Part shown: piece by piece, positions 23,700-36,905 of the stretch
Layout of the letters: each line of letters starts with the position of its first letter
How positions within the stretch are numbered: position 1 is the first letter of the stretch
Source of the DNA: Azolla caroliniana
Lineage: Eukaryota; Plantae; Polypodiophyta
Direction of reading: 5' to 3'
Assembly: GCA_043228905.1 (NCBI GenBank)
Contig: JBHGNT010000064.1
Coordinates: 1 to 64,000 of the forward strand
DNA: 64,000 bases
Translations under genes and position numbers: made by a program
The notes under the pieces: generated by a model
What the model saw: the letters and a program-made list of their open reading frames with translations, nothing else
The model's database searches: none
Told to the model about the DNA's origin: nothing

Positions 23700-26600
23700 T
23701 GCACTTTTTACTAAAATAGGGAGACTTTGTAGGGAATTGAGGTCCTTGCATCATTGGCAAGAGAGAAGTTCATCGTCTTATATAAGTTCCAAAGTGATAC
23801 AATTAGGGAATCAAATATTGGAATTAGAAAAGGTTTCAGTTCATTTTACTTACCACAACAGATCTTCTGAATGGGCATAGTTGGGGGATAAAGTCAATAA
23901 ATTGTTCTTTGTAGTGCATACTTACCATAAGTCGACTGCTAGTATTTCTTGTTTAAAATGTCCTGATGGTTCTTATACCACTAATCCTAGTCAAATGCGT
24001 TAAATAGCCTCCGAATATTATGAAAATTTGTTGAAGGCTAAATCTTTTTCTTGACATGATTTATTTAAAAGGGATATTATATGGTCAAGGATTCAAGGTA
24101 GAGTGTCTGTACAGCTTTCAGAATGTCTTTTGCAACCATTAAATTCTTGACAAGAGATTCTTAAAGCAACAAAGGCCCTAGAAAAAGACGTTTGTCCTAG
24201 ATTGGATGGGTTGGGGGTTTAGTGGTATACATAATATTGGGATGTGATAGGTGAGGAACTAACCAAAGCTTATCAACAGATTTTAGATTCTCGGAATATG
24301 CCACAAGAATGGAATGAGGGTTTAATCTATATGATTCCCAAATTGAGTGGTCAATTACAAGAACTTAGTCATTGGAGACCATTTACTTTGTTGAATGTTA
24401 TTTATAAGATTCCTAACAAAAACGATAGCTAGACGCTTACAACCTCATCTTTTTGAGTTGATTCATGATTCTCAGACTGGTTTTATGTAAGGGTGAAGTA
24501 TTTTTCATAATATTATTCTTTTTGGGGAAATGGTGGCCTTTGCTAAATTGCATAACCAAGACTTGGCAATGTTATTTCTTGATTTTGAAAAAACTTAGGC
24601 CACAAGAATGGAATGAGGGTTTAATCTATATGATTCCCAAATCAAGTGGTTAATTACAAGAACTTCGTCATTGGACACCAACTACTTTGTTGAATGTTAT
24701 TCATAAGATACTAGCAAAAATGATAGCTAGACTCTTACAACCTCATCTTTTTGAGCTGATTCATGATTCTCAAATTGGTTTTATGCAAGATCGAAGTATT
24801 TTTTATAATATTATTCTTTTTTGGGAAATGGTGGCCTTTGCTTAATTGCATGAGCAAGACTTGGCAATGTTATTTCTTGATTTTGAAAAAGCTTATGACA
24901 AAGTGGATTGGGACTTTATGGACGACAATTTACTCAGGATGGGTTTTCCAAAAAGATGGATACAATGAGTTTCAGCATTATATTGTATGCACATAGTTCT
25001 CTTTTATTTGCAGGGGATGTTGGTAGGCAATTCCCTATTTCAAGCTCAGTACGATACGGATGTCCACTTGCTCCTTTTCTGTTTTTACTAGTATTTGAAG
25101 CATTTCTATACATTTAAATTCTCATCATGTAAATATCAAAGTTTTTGCACTACCATTTGCAGATGTTGGTGTGGACAGTGAGTTTGCTGATGATGCAACT
25201 CTCTATGTTCAAGCCTCACAAGTTAATTTATTGCAGGTTCAAAATGTTGTGGATGACTTCTTAGATGCATCGGGTGCATTGATCAATTGGGATAAATCAT
25301 ATGGTTTTTGGGTGACTACGAGTGATCCGCCAGTTGATGTACCTGCTTGAGGATTCTACCTAACAAGAGGCCATTCCATTACGTATCTAGGATGTAGAGT
25401 AGGTTTGGAATTAAATGTAGAAGATATGATTGCGCATTTGTTGTTAAGATTAAGGATTAAGTTAATATACTGGACTAAGGAAAAGTTGTCCCTAGCAGGA
25501 CATGCAGTTGTTGCTGATTCGGTGCTTTTGTCCTCGGCATCTATGTGGTTGTTTTCTAGAGTTCAATATAGTACAAAAGTTTATTTGGAGGAATGCTATT
25601 TCAGACAATCCTATAGCAAAGGTAGCTTGGTTGGTTCTTATACAGTCTAAACAAAAAGGAGGTTTAGGTTTGATTGATCCTTTTATGCAAAGTAAAGCAT
25701 TACTTACTAAACATGTTGTTAGGAGTTTATTGCCAGGAGAGGAGTTATGGAAAAAGTTATGGATTCGTCATTTTTATAAGTTTAAACCATCGACAGGTGG
25801 TCAAAAGAGTGATAGTCTTAGATCACGGTTCTTTAATTCAGATTTTCCATTACCTAAGTCTATTGTTGGATCTCTACGTTTCTTTAATGGAATTCTCCAT
25901 GCATGGGAAAGTATTTGTCAAGCACTTGTTTTTTTGCCACCCAAAACTTATCATCAATTATTGTGTTAGCCGTTGTTATGGAATCCTTTATTTGGTAATG
26001 AAGTTGCATGTGTTTTGGGTTTACGACCAAGATTATCTTGCGCTACAATGGATAGAGCCCAGCTCGTACGATTGCGGATTGGTTACAAATTTTGCAAACT
26101 TCAGCGCAAAACCAAAGGAATTTGTTGTCTAATTTAAGAGGGGCAAATATTATGTTTTCTCAATTATCCACGATGTGTCACGTAACAATGCCAACTTTGC
26201 AGTTCAATCATTTTTAGAGTTGGTATGGTATGTTTTCGATATTTAATATACTTATAGGAGCTTCTTTATATCATCGAAATGGCAACCTTTATTTTTATGA
26301 AGTTCTGGATAATGGTAGGTTGTTATTAGTAGAGGAGGAGTCTCCAATTATGTCTTTTGCAAATAGGTTGCCATTGCGAGTAATTGCTAGATTAGATAAA
26401 AAGATATTTATAGATCCTAATCCATTAATTGCTAACTATTCATCTCATATTTGGGTTTTACACTCTAGGTTGATTGTTGATCTGTAGTGGGATCCATCTG
26501 ATTATGGTTGGAAGTTGTCCAGTTGTGACACTTCACAAACGAAGGTCCTTCCATTCTTCACATATTCGGTGGCGTTTGATAGAAACTTTCTCTTGAATTA

Positions 26601-27271
26601 GATTGAGTTGGTACATGCGGAAAAAAAGTACTGGGAGGAAGGTAATGTGTCATCTACTCCTATGTTGAAGTTCTGGAAACAATTTTGGTCATTTAAATGT
26701 ATGAACAAGGTATTGTATTTTCGATAGTTGATGATTCATTATGCATTGCCAGTAGGAGCTTTATTGAGGGGACCAGTGCCTGATCGATAATGTGTTATGT
26801 GTGGGTTTGCATCTAAGACATTACATCATGTTTTTTGGGAATGTGTTGCGGCCAAAAGTTTTTGGTTTTGAATTCTTAGGCTATTAGGTCGTAAGTATAG
26901 GTTAGCTATTTTCACGTGGGGTGCAGTTTTTTGGGGAACATTGGCTCAACATACGGCTTTTTACCATTATCATAATTCTTCATTGACTTTACATGTAAAA
27001 AGTTTTCAAGTGTGCTGTGCTTCAAGCTCCTTCCAAGGACTCAAGTTCTTTTCACGGTTGTGGATTGTCTCCTCTTTGGCCTTATGGGTTCTTTGGAAAG
27101 GGAGGTGTTCCAAATTATACAATGCTGAACAAATTCATGTTGTGGATCAGGTTAAGACCTTCTGGGAATTATTGATACATACGATTAAAGGTGATTATGA
27201 TAGTTATAAGGGTTATGGCAATACAACTAACCGAAAAAGAAGGAGAATTCGAAGAGTTTGGGCATCTATTC
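23700..27271 (+). mobile_element. Degenerate L1/Tx1-like LINE ORF2; its 3' end continues at 34213-34243 and 54627-54693
   Basis: WRPFTLLNVIYK, LDFEKAYDKVDW, GCPLAPFLF, EFADDATL, KGGLGLID; ~300-bp internal duplication at ~24300-24890. Start is approximate. Confidence 0.8.
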
Positions 27272-27376
27272 CAAGGTTGTTAGGTACATTAGGTACGGTA
27301 CGGTACGGATACCATACGTATTTAACGTATTAATACCCGTATAGTACCTCCCAATTTAAAAATACGTTAAATACGT

Positions 27377-27506
27377 TGTCGCGTTGTTACGCGCGTGCGT
27401 GGAGAAAGGCGGGACCACGGGGGTCTTGGACGAGAGAGTGTTGGAGCGTAGGGAGTCGTGCTTCACTGTTTCTGGGGCATCCCAGAAACACACCGGAAGC
27501 AACCGA

Positions 27507-27548
<42 letters not shown>

Positions 27549-30500
27549 TGCTTAACACCGACTCACGCACACACACACACACACGCACACGCAGCTCAAC
27601 CCGACTCACGCCTTATGTACAGGAAACGCAGGAGAGGGTAAGCACCCGACGCCAACAACGACGTGAATATACACAGACAAACATAAACGTATATGTATGT
27701 ATATATATGAAGAATACATTCCCGGCTTCGAGCCGGACTGAGGTAGGTTACAGTAGTCGTCTGCTGCCAAGCCGCCGTCAGGGAGCTCACGGGCTCGTCG
27801 CGCCGAGCGGGGTCTTGCGCAGGAGATGAGCTGCAACAAACCCTAAACGAATACGAAGGAGAAGAAGCTAACCCTAAACCTAACGGTATACCCTCTAATG
27901 CAAAAATGGGCAACCCTTTTACAAAGGGCGTTCCCTTCCTTTTATAGAACAAGGAAAGGGAGGCATTACAATGCGGGACAAATCCCGACTTACATGGGAT
28001 CATCTGTCCCGACTTGACTACTCTTCGGCGCCATAAAGGTGCCCTCAATATTCACACTAAATGTACATGGGTGCGTACACACGCTACACCTCGCCGATGT
28101 AGCCAATGTTCCCGGTTTCCGCCTTTGGCCGAAATTCTTCACGACATCCGCTCCCACCTAACCGCACATCCACCGGTATGTGCCAAGTCCGGTTGAAGGG
28201 TGAGAGATTTCAGCCGGTGAGAAACCGGTCTTCCGTGATCTGCATCCCGGCTTGCTGCCGGTTTGATCTGTCGGCTTCGAGTCTTCCGTCGCGCTCGCCT
28301 CCCTGTAGGCTCGTTCGACCCGTCGATGGGTCCTCTACCGCGATCTCCATAGTACACGTTCTTCCGTTGGCCCTTGTTCGGCCGTATGAACGCCCCGCTT
28401 CCCGCCGTATGCCCGATGTCCTCCGCTTGAGGCATGCCCGTGGTGGCCCGCTTGGCCTCCGTTGTCCAATCGTGATGTCCAGATGGTGTTTCGCGTCGCC
28501 TTCGTCCTTCCGCCGCCACCTTCCTTCTCCATGGTCTTACATCGCCGCGTCGGCTCGAATCGCCATGGTCTCCGGAACGGTGTGGAGGATCCCTTTCCGA
28601 CATTCTTCGCGCTCGCCTTCCCTCTCCGACACCCCCCGTGTGCCACATACCCTCGTCCGTTGTTTGGCACCACCTGTGCCGCGTTTCGGTTCATTGCACG
28701 TCTTGTCGGCCCCTTTCCGGCCAGATCGTGCATCGCCGCTCACCCGTATACCGGTGTTCTTTGCATCTGAGGAACACCCCGTAGTAGCCCGCTTGGCCCT
28801 TCCCGTCTTCGTGTTGCTGCAATAGGTCCTGAGTCTTCCGCTTGCCGTCGTCCCCTTGCCCCCACCAGCTTCTCATCCCGGCTTGCCGTGTCAGTCTTCG
28901 TTACTTGGACGAAGCTACCAGGATCTACGAAACGAGTGTGGAGGATCCTCCTTCGGCCTCTCTTGCCATCCCCTGACTCCGACCCTGTGCAGTCCACTAG
29001 GCACTTGCCACGTCGTTCCCGGCACCTCCCTTGTGCCGTCTTCCGCTTCCTTTGTTCGGCACCGCCCGTGCCGAACACCGTCCCGTAGTCACGCTTCGAT
29101 CCGGCTCGCGATGGCCACTTGCGAGACTCTTGTTCTGTCCAAGGTGTGCCTTTCCGGCCTGACACACCTCTCCGTGTTTGCCCTTTACCGGCTCCTTCCG
29201 AAACCTCGTGTCGTCGGGTCCCGTTCCCTACCGCCACCGTCCTTCTCCCTCGGTCTCACGTTGCCACGTTGGCCGAACTGCCGGAGTCTCCGGAACCGGT
29301 GTGAGGGTCCCATAGGACTGGACTCCGTTTCTATGCTTGCCGAAATTCGGGTGTCTTTTGTTTGAGTCCCACCCGAACTCTCCTCGTGTCTTCCGCGTAG
29401 CTGGGTCCCGTTTCCCGCCGCCACCTTCCTTCTCCCTCGGTCTTATGTTGCCACGATGGCAGAATAACCGGAGTCTCCGGATTGGTGTGGGGATCCCGTA
29501 GGACCGGACTTCCTTACGCCCATTGTCTTCGTCACCTCGCCGCCACCGTCAGTATCTTGGTCTTACGTCGACCGCGTTGCCGACTGCCGAAGTCTCTAGA
29601 ACCGGTGTGGAGGATCCTCCGTAGACCTTCCATCCGTAGCCCTTGCCTTCGTCACCTCGCCGCCACCGTCAGTATCTTGGTCTTACATCGGCCGTGTTGC
29701 CGACCGCCGAAGTCTCTAGAACCGGTGTGGAGGATCCTCCGTAGCCCTTGCCTTCGTCACCTCGCTGCCACCGTCAGTATCTTGGTCTTACGTCGGCCAC
29801 GTTGCCGACCACCGAAGTCTCTAGAACCGGTGTGAAGGATCCTCTGTAGGCCGCCTCGCCTTCTTTACCCTGTCCCGGGTCGTCCTTTTCCGCATTGCCG
29901 AGAGGGCGTTTTGTTTCGCACCCTCTCCCGTGGTACCGACGTATCGTGTCCTCGACCTCTTCGTAGGCCTTCCCTGTATGTCGATGTTGCCCTCCGAACG
30001 CGTGCTCGTGCTTCGGTCCTTCGATGACCCCATCACGCGTTTTTCGCTTTCCCCTTTTTCGCCATGCTCTCTCATAGTAGAGCGTAACGTCATCCCGACC
30101 TCCGTGTCGGTGTCCCTCGAGGCTCTCGTTATCGCCTCGCCTCGACTTGCGCCCTCTTGGCCCGCTTGGCCTTGTATGCCCTCCGGGAAGCTACCGCGTT
30201 TTCTCTTCCCGGTGTGTTCCCCGTTGTTCTCCGCGCATCTCCTCCGTTTTCCTAGATACTCGTTGACGCTCTCTCGGATGCATGCTCATTCTTGGGCCCT
30301 TCACCGACCGTAGTGCATGCTTCGTGTTACGCCCTTCATTCGCCGTAGACCCGACCTCCGCGTCGGCCACTTCTTCCTTTGTCACCGTAGCCCGTTCCGA
30401 CCTGAGCTCGCCATCTTGGACCCGCTCGTCCATCATCTCATACCGGATACCCGCTCCGATAACTTTGTCCGCTTCGGCCTCCAACTCCTCGCCGCCACCC

Positions 30501-32834
30501 GCCGTCTCTCCGGTCTCACGTTGATCTGCAACCGCCGAAGTCTCCAAAATGGGTGTGGAAGGTCCCTCTCGCTCTCGGTCTTCTAGCAAGCCGTGATCAT
30601 CGTGCCCACTAGGCCTCCTTCTCGCTCTCATCGGCTCCCACCGTAACCGTACCCGGCCGGCTACGAATCGATCAAACAATCCCGGTCTTACCGACTTCCT
30701 TCGGTTCGTGCCCGGTTGACCGACCCCCGCTTCACTCTTCTTCCGCTCCGCCTCTCGGTCGGGTCGGATTACCGACCGGCTCATCTTTCGGTCGGGTCGG
30801 TTCCCGACTCGCTCCTCGATGCCGCTCTGGACCTCTCCTTCGGTCTTTTCGCACATGCCCACTCCGGGCCTCTCATCCTCACGGCCACCGCCCATCTCCC
30901 CGGTCTTATGTCCGCGCTCGGGCGCAACCGCCGAAGTCTCCGGCCCCGGTGTCGAGGGATCTCGCCTTCGTCCGCTACAAACCTCCTCTTCGTCATTTAG
31001 GTTGCCCGCCTTGCCGCCGCCATTGTCCGTCTCTCTAGGTCTCACACCGGCTCTCGGGCCGGTTGCCGGAGTCTCTAGGACCGGTGTGTGGAAGGTCGCG
31101 GCACCGCCGCTCATCTCCTCTTCTTCCTCGATTGCGCAAGCCTCGAGTATGCTCGCGAAATCCTCGTAGAACATTTCGGGCAACCGCATCCCGAAACTTT
31201 CGCCCACTCTCAAAGTGGCGTCCATTGCTCCGTAGATATCGGCCTCATCCATGGCCGTCCTCTTTCCACAAGTTGAGAGGGTCGCTCGCTCCGCACCCTC
31301 TCCCACATCGTCGCCGTGGTCGTCCGCCTTGCCGCTGCCACCGTTCATTACCCTAAGTCTCACGCGGGCACTCGGGCCGGCCGCCGGGGTCTCTTGTACC
31401 GGTGCGTGTAAGGTAGCAACGCCGCCGCTCGTCGATGCTATGCCCGTAGCCACCTCCATTCGGACATTGTCGTCCGTGGCTACCCCGCCTCCGTATATGC
31501 AAGCATCAATTATGCTTGCCGCCTCCTCTTCCACGGTCTCCATATCGTTGTCTTGGTTGCTCGCCTTGCCGCCGCCACCGTCCGTCACTCTATGTCTCAC
31601 ACCGGCTCTCGGGCCGGTTGCCGGAGTCTCTAGGCCCGGTGTGCGTAAGGTCGCGGCACCGCCGCTTGTCTCCTCCTCCCTCGATGTTTCGGGCCGCCAT
31701 GTCCCGAATCCGTAGTTACCGGCCTCCATGGCCGTCCATTCGCCGCAAGACGAGAGAGTCGCTCTTTCCACACCCTCTCCCACATCGTCGCCGTCGTGGT
31801 CGCCCACCTTGCTGCCGCCACCACCCGTCACTCTAGGTCTCACACCGGCTCTCGGGCCGGTTGCCAGAGTCTCTAGGCCCGGTGTGCGTAAGGTCGCGGC
31901 ACCACCGCCCGTCTTCTCCCCGCTCGATGTTTCGGGCCTCCATGCCCGAACTCCCTCATGTCCGCTCGAATCGGCAATCGCCGCCTCACCGTCCCCGACC
32001 TCGTCCTCGGTCGATCTTTCTCCGCATGTCGAGAGGTTGGCTCGCTCCACACCCTCTCCCGTGGTACCGATGTACCATTCTCTTTCGGCCTCCTCAACCT
32101 CCGATCGCCTCCGGCCCGACTCCATAATAAGCTCTTCTTCGGCTTCGATTTTCCCCTTCACAAGCTCGCATGCCTCCCGTATTAGCGCTTCTAGGTCGAG
32201 CTCCTTCGAACCGTTTTGCGTTGAGCTCTCTTCCAGCGGTAGTGCGTACTCACTCACCGCTCTCTCTTCTCCGCCGTTCGCGGGCCATGTTGTTGCGGAC
32301 CGCTCCCCATCGGGTTGCCCGCATACCCACTCCGGTTTCGTGTATCCGTACGCTTCCAATAGAGCTCCCTCGAAGGACTCCCATGACTCGTGAGCTTCTC
32401 GTAGCTCCTTGACGTCCTTCTGCACCGATACGGCCGCCACTCGCGGAAAATACTCTAGTCGCATCGCCTCGTCCACGCCCCCTTTCGCCATCTCGGCCTT
32501 GTAGGCTCCCAAAATTTTTAGGACCTCATTCCCATTGAACCAGCCGACTCGATCGACCACCCTTTTGACGGCTTGTTGAGCCGCATCTCGCTTCGCCATC
32601 TTCTGTCCGGCTTCCATCACGATCTTTGCCATCATCTCCTCGAAGTCAAAGTCTTCTTCCATCTCCATGCTCCCTTGCCGCCCTTCACGTCGGTTCACCA
32701 AATATGTCGCGTTGTTACGCGCGTGCGTGGAGAAAGGCGGGACCACGGGGGTCTTGGATGAGAGAGTGATGGAGCGTAGGGAGTCGTGCTTCACTATTTC
32801 TGGGGCATCCCAGAAACACACCGGAAGCAACCGA

Positions 32835-32878
<44 letters not shown>

Positions 32879-33476
32879 TGCTTAACACCGACTCACGCAC
32901 ACGCACACGCACACGCACACGCAGCTCAACCCGACTCACGCCTTATGTACAGGAAACGCAGGAGAGGGTAAGCACCCGACGCCAACGACGACGCGAATAT
33001 ACACAAACAAACATAAACGTATATGTATGTATATACATGAAGAATACATTCCCGGCTTCGAGCCAGACTGAGGTAGGTTACAGTAGTCGTCTGCTGCCAA
33101 GCCGCCGTCGGGGAGCTCACGGGCTCGTCGCGCCGAGCGGGGACTTGCGCAAGAGATGAGCTGCAGCAAACCCTAAACAAATACGAAGGAGAAGAAGCTA
33201 AACCTAAACCTAACGGTATACCCTCTAATGCAAAAATGGGCAACCCTTTTACAAAGGGCGTTCCCTTCCTTTTATAGAACAAGGAAAGGGAGGCATTACA
33301 ATGCGGGACAAATCCCGACTTACATGGGATCGTCTGTCCCGACTTGACTACTCTTCGGCGCCATAAAGGCGCCCTCAATATTCACACTAAATGTACATGG
33401 GTGCGTACACACGCTGCACCCCGCCGATGTAGCCAATGTTCCCGGTTTCCGCCTCTTGCCGAAATTCTTCACGACA
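27377..33476 (-). mobile_element. Non-autonomous gag-only LTR retrotransposon; LTRs 27377-28146 and 32705-33476
   Basis: TG...CA LTRs of ~770 bp; TSD ACGT; PBS 32684-32700 matching the tRNA-Trp 3' end; PPT 28147-28159; no pol motifs seen. Confidence 0.85.
30191..32668 (-). CDS. Gag-like protein (~825 aa) with a long repetitive acidic/Gly-rich tail
   Basis: Starts just after the PBS; N-terminal FNGNEVLKIL...SWESFEGALLEAY is gag-like; repeated GGAATLRTPGLETxATGPRAGVR units. Confidence 0.55.
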   Translation of the reverse strand: MEMEEDFDFEEMMAKIVMEAGQKMAKRDAAQQAVKRVVDRVGWFNGNEVLKILGAYKAEMAKGGVDEAMRLEYFPRVAAVSVQKDVKELREAHESWESFEGALLEAYGYTKPEWVCGQPDGERSATTWPANGGEERAVSEYALPLEESSTQNGSKELDLEALIREACELVKGKIEAEEELIMESGRRRSEVEEAEREWYIGTTGEGVERANLSTCGERSTEDEVGDGEAAIADSSGHEGVRAWRPETSSGEKTGGGAATLRTPGLETLATGPRAGVRPRVTGGGGSKVGDHDGDDVGEGVERATLSSCGEWTAMEAGNYGFGTWRPETSREEETSGGAATLRTPGLETPATGPRAGVRHRVTDGGGGKASNQDNDMETVEEEAASIIDACIYGGGVATDDNVRMEVATGIASTSGGVATLHAPVQETPAAGPSARVRLRVMNGGSGKADDHGDDVGEGAERATLSTCGKRTAMDEADIYGAMDATLRVGESFGMRLPEMFYEDFASILEACAIEEEEEMSGGAATFHTPVLETPATGPRAGVRPRETDNGGGKAGNLNDEEEVCSGRRRDPSTPGPETSAVAPERGHKTGEMGGGREDERPGVGMCEKTEGEVQSGIEERVGNRPDRKMSRSVIRPDREAERKKSEAGVGQPGTNRRKSVRPGLFDRFVAGRVRLRWEPMRARRRPSGHDDHGLLEDREREGPSTPILETSAVADQRETGETAGGGEELEAEADKVIGAGIRYEMMDERVQDGELRSERATVTKEEVADAEVGSTANEGRNTKHALRSVKGPRMSMHPRERQRVSRKTEEMRGEQRGTHREEKTR

Positions 33477-34611
33477 ACGTTTTCTTAATATGTTAAATAC
33501 TTATAAATACGTAAAATAGGTATAGTGCGTTAAATACTTCTAGAATTTGAAAAATTATTTACCTTTCTAAAAAATATCTATAATATTGTAAAAAACATCT
33601 ATGTTTACACAATTTTGTAATGTACAATATAGTTCTACATCCTAAAATGCATATAAGACATTTGAACATTTCACATCCTAAAATACTTGTAGTAATATGA
33701 ATGTCGACATTCCCTTATTCTATAAATCAATGTAAGTGTGTATCACGATGTTCTACTTCAAATTGTAATTATTTACAATTATGCCTTCATAGATTGAGGA
33801 ATTCTCTACGATCATCACACTCATGATAGGTTTGTCTTTTCTTCGTTTTCTTCTTCTATCTACCGTGATTATCACACTCAGGATAGGTTTATGTCTTCTT
33901 TTCTCTCTTCTTCTTCTTCTTCTTCTTCATCTTCTTCATCATCGTCTCTTCTATTTGTCTTTCTTCCTTCCTTTGGCTTCTTTTTCACTAAAATCTTTTT
34001 TTTCTTTTGCTTTTTGTTAGGATCTTACTTACATTTTCTTTATAAATACGTATTATACCTGTTTTTTTATAAATGCGTTAAATACCGTATTGGACAAATG
34101 TACATGATATTTGACTGAACAACATTGAGGTATAGTACGTACTATACAAATGATGAGGTACTATAAGTATTTAAATGTTAAATACGGGTACGTAAACAAC
34201 CATGATCTATTCCTATTATGTTGGATGCAAGTGATGATATTAAAACACGTTCGCGTTCACAAGTGGAAGGATCGCGCATAAATGGAAGGATAAGGGAAAA
34301 TTTGGTTGATTTTAGGGCTTTTTCAATGATTTTACAAAACACATTGATACTAGTATTATACATGTTCAAACATACTATGAAAAAGGTTAAAAATCCACTA
34401 TTTTCGTGATTTAGAAGTAACTAAAAAAAGACAAATTTCAAAAAGTTATACTCTCAATTTATATCACAAACTTTACAACCAATGTTATTTTATAAGAAAT
34501 GATTTTTTAGATATCATAAGAATTCAAAACACATGCTTTTATATTACTCGATTTGTTACAAGCGGAATGTAGTTACACTTAATAGCCAAATATACATTCA
34601 TGATCACTCCT

Positions 34612-36905
34612 TTACGGAGAATCACTACTATAACTAATATACAATGACGATTCCTCCTCATCATCCTCGGATGTACCAATCAATGCATTATCTTCATCAT
34701 AAACCAAATGGTTTGACTCTAGATTATATGTAGCAGATCTCGTTTGCCTTTGACTCGAGCCACCTTGTAGACCTGGTAATTTTTCTTTTATTATATCTAT
34801 TGTTGACTTCCTTAATCGTTCGGCTTTTGTAAGTGTGAAGTCGTACACGATGATATCCACATCAGAGATATCAAGGGTCGAGGTGTTACGAATGTTTCGC
34901 TTCCTCTTCCTACCTCCCCTTCTTGTTTGGCATTCAATCATCTCCAATGTATACTTACCTATACAAGCATTTGCACTTCTAGTGTTGTACTAATGAACAT
35001 TTATAGACTTGATTGTGTTTTCTATTTCATGCATTAGCACTTCTAGAATTTTACCAACCCAAAATTGGTGGCCATGTGAGTTCTCATCAGCCGGCGTTGC
35101 AATCAACATCCCCGCGGTGAGCTCTTGCAAATTTCCTTGCCATCTACTTTCGGCTGCTTTGGTCATCCTTGGTTCCACATAAATGTCTCTTTGTTGTGGA
35201 TGGACCAAGCTGTCATTAATCCCATTTGCTAGTTACTCCGAAGTTCTATTTACACGATCATGTTGCAGCGACCATGTGAATGGCGTTTCCAAATACCAAT
35301 TATCACCAGATACACAATTGTCTATAATTCCTTTCTAATCACTATAAAATACATCCCACCATGACGTGTCTTGTTGTGCGGCATATTTCTTGGCGGCCTC
35401 AATATGCTTTCTTTTTTCTTCTAAGGCTTGGAGCCATGACCGTTTTTGTTCTGATACCAAGTCCCTTTGCAACTGTCCTTTCTTCTCAATTGGCATTTGC
35501 TTAGCTCCATGGACAATTGTACTCGGCATACAAAGTAATAACTGGCAACCACCTTCAGGTTCCTATGTTGTAGAAGATGAATATTGTTTAGCATACAAAA
35601 GTGTAGAACCACTTATTCCATTTTTCTTTATCATAAAAATGTGATTGAAACTTATATTGTTTAACTGAGCAAGCACTTTAACATTCCCACCACCCCCATC
35701 TGATCTATATCTCTTAAAGTCATATACCTCCTTCAAGTGTAACACTTTTGGGCGTGGTGTATAAGCATCACAAATGACATCAAATAGTTTAGGTAAAGTG
35801 AAAGCATCATGCCGAGACAACTGTCTAGAGAATGTGCTAAACATCTGATCTATATGGTCATGTGTGTGGCCAACCAAAAGGAAATTGACTTTCACTTTCC
35901 TAAACAATTCTTAGTTGACCAACATACTTAGATAGCCAAATACAGTTGAATTTTTGTTCTCACTAGCAGTATTGTCCAATTGAATGTATAGAACAGGGGG
36001 GAAAGGTTGTCCCCAAGACATCAAAACTCGGTGAATCACTGTAATTGTTAGGTTAGGGTCATTGTGAACATTGGGGTATGTAATGAAGACGTGAAGTCCA
36101 ACAGACCTATTATAAGCCAAGCATCCCACCAAGTGCATTTGAACAAGGCACTCATCATTGACATCTTTGGGGAGCCTCCGCATATGCGGCAAGCACGTCT
36201 TCTTCTGGTCCATGCCATCTATCATTAAGCACATGTATTGTTCGGGCCTCTTCAAACACTTCTCTCTATGATGCATCGCCTTCTTTCGTTCTAACGATTG
36301 TGCCTCACGATGCTCTTGTAGTAACTTCTTACTCATATCCTTTTCCATTGATGTCTTTGCACCTTTAGCCAAACTTTTAAGATTTGCACAAATGGAGCAA
36401 TACCCCATGCGTACTTTACGTGGAATGATAACATTTGAAAACCGAGCTCTCCATAATCTTGTGAATTGGCTATAGGTGATAGAATTATTACGTGAGCCCA
36501 GCATATCAGATCGATAGACATCATAAACTTCCCGACGTGTATAATTATCAGAAAGGTGCATCCTACATGTAGTGGGCATTACTTCACAATTTAACTGAAA
36601 GTAACTTTTCATCCAACCAATAGCATGTCTTCCAATTGCACCTTTCATACTTGGAACCTCTTTACAATTGAGCATCTGATCCCCGCTAAGTAGACGTTGT
36701 TGTACTCTATGCAGCCGCATGTTACTAACACATAACGCAATTTTGAATGCAACTCTACATATCTGTTGCACATGGAAGATATAATACTCGAATGATACTT
36801 TGATCCCCGTACATTTGTCAGATACTAGTTGCATATGTGACCCGAGGTAAGTGTCTTGCTCATCACCAGTCATCGAAAAATAGTATGGCCTTAATTCTCG
36901 CAACT
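34612..36905 (-). pseudogene. Transposase pseudogene of copy 2 (5'-deleted, stops and a frameshift)
   Basis: ORF fragments near-identical to 1660-4440. Confidence 0.92.

Larger units (their letters stand above)
27272..34204. mobile_element. Non-autonomous hAT element (~830 bp) split by an LTR element
   Basis: Imperfect TIR CAAGGTTGTT/AACAACCATG; 8-bp TSD ATCTATTC (27264-27271 and 34205-34212); AATACG-rich subterminal repeats. Confidence 0.85.

Noticed and set aside
28100-30200. Many overlapping ORFs of 100-240 aa
   Set aside because: By-products of GC-rich repetitive LTR-internal sequence; no domain motifs.
34240-34250. piggyBac (TTAA TSD) or CACTA/Chapaev (CAC terminus) assignment
   Set aside because: The second TSD is AAAC, the termini are AACAC rather than CAC or CCY, and the transposase motifs fit Sola1-like proteins better. 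The superfamily still needs an HMM check.
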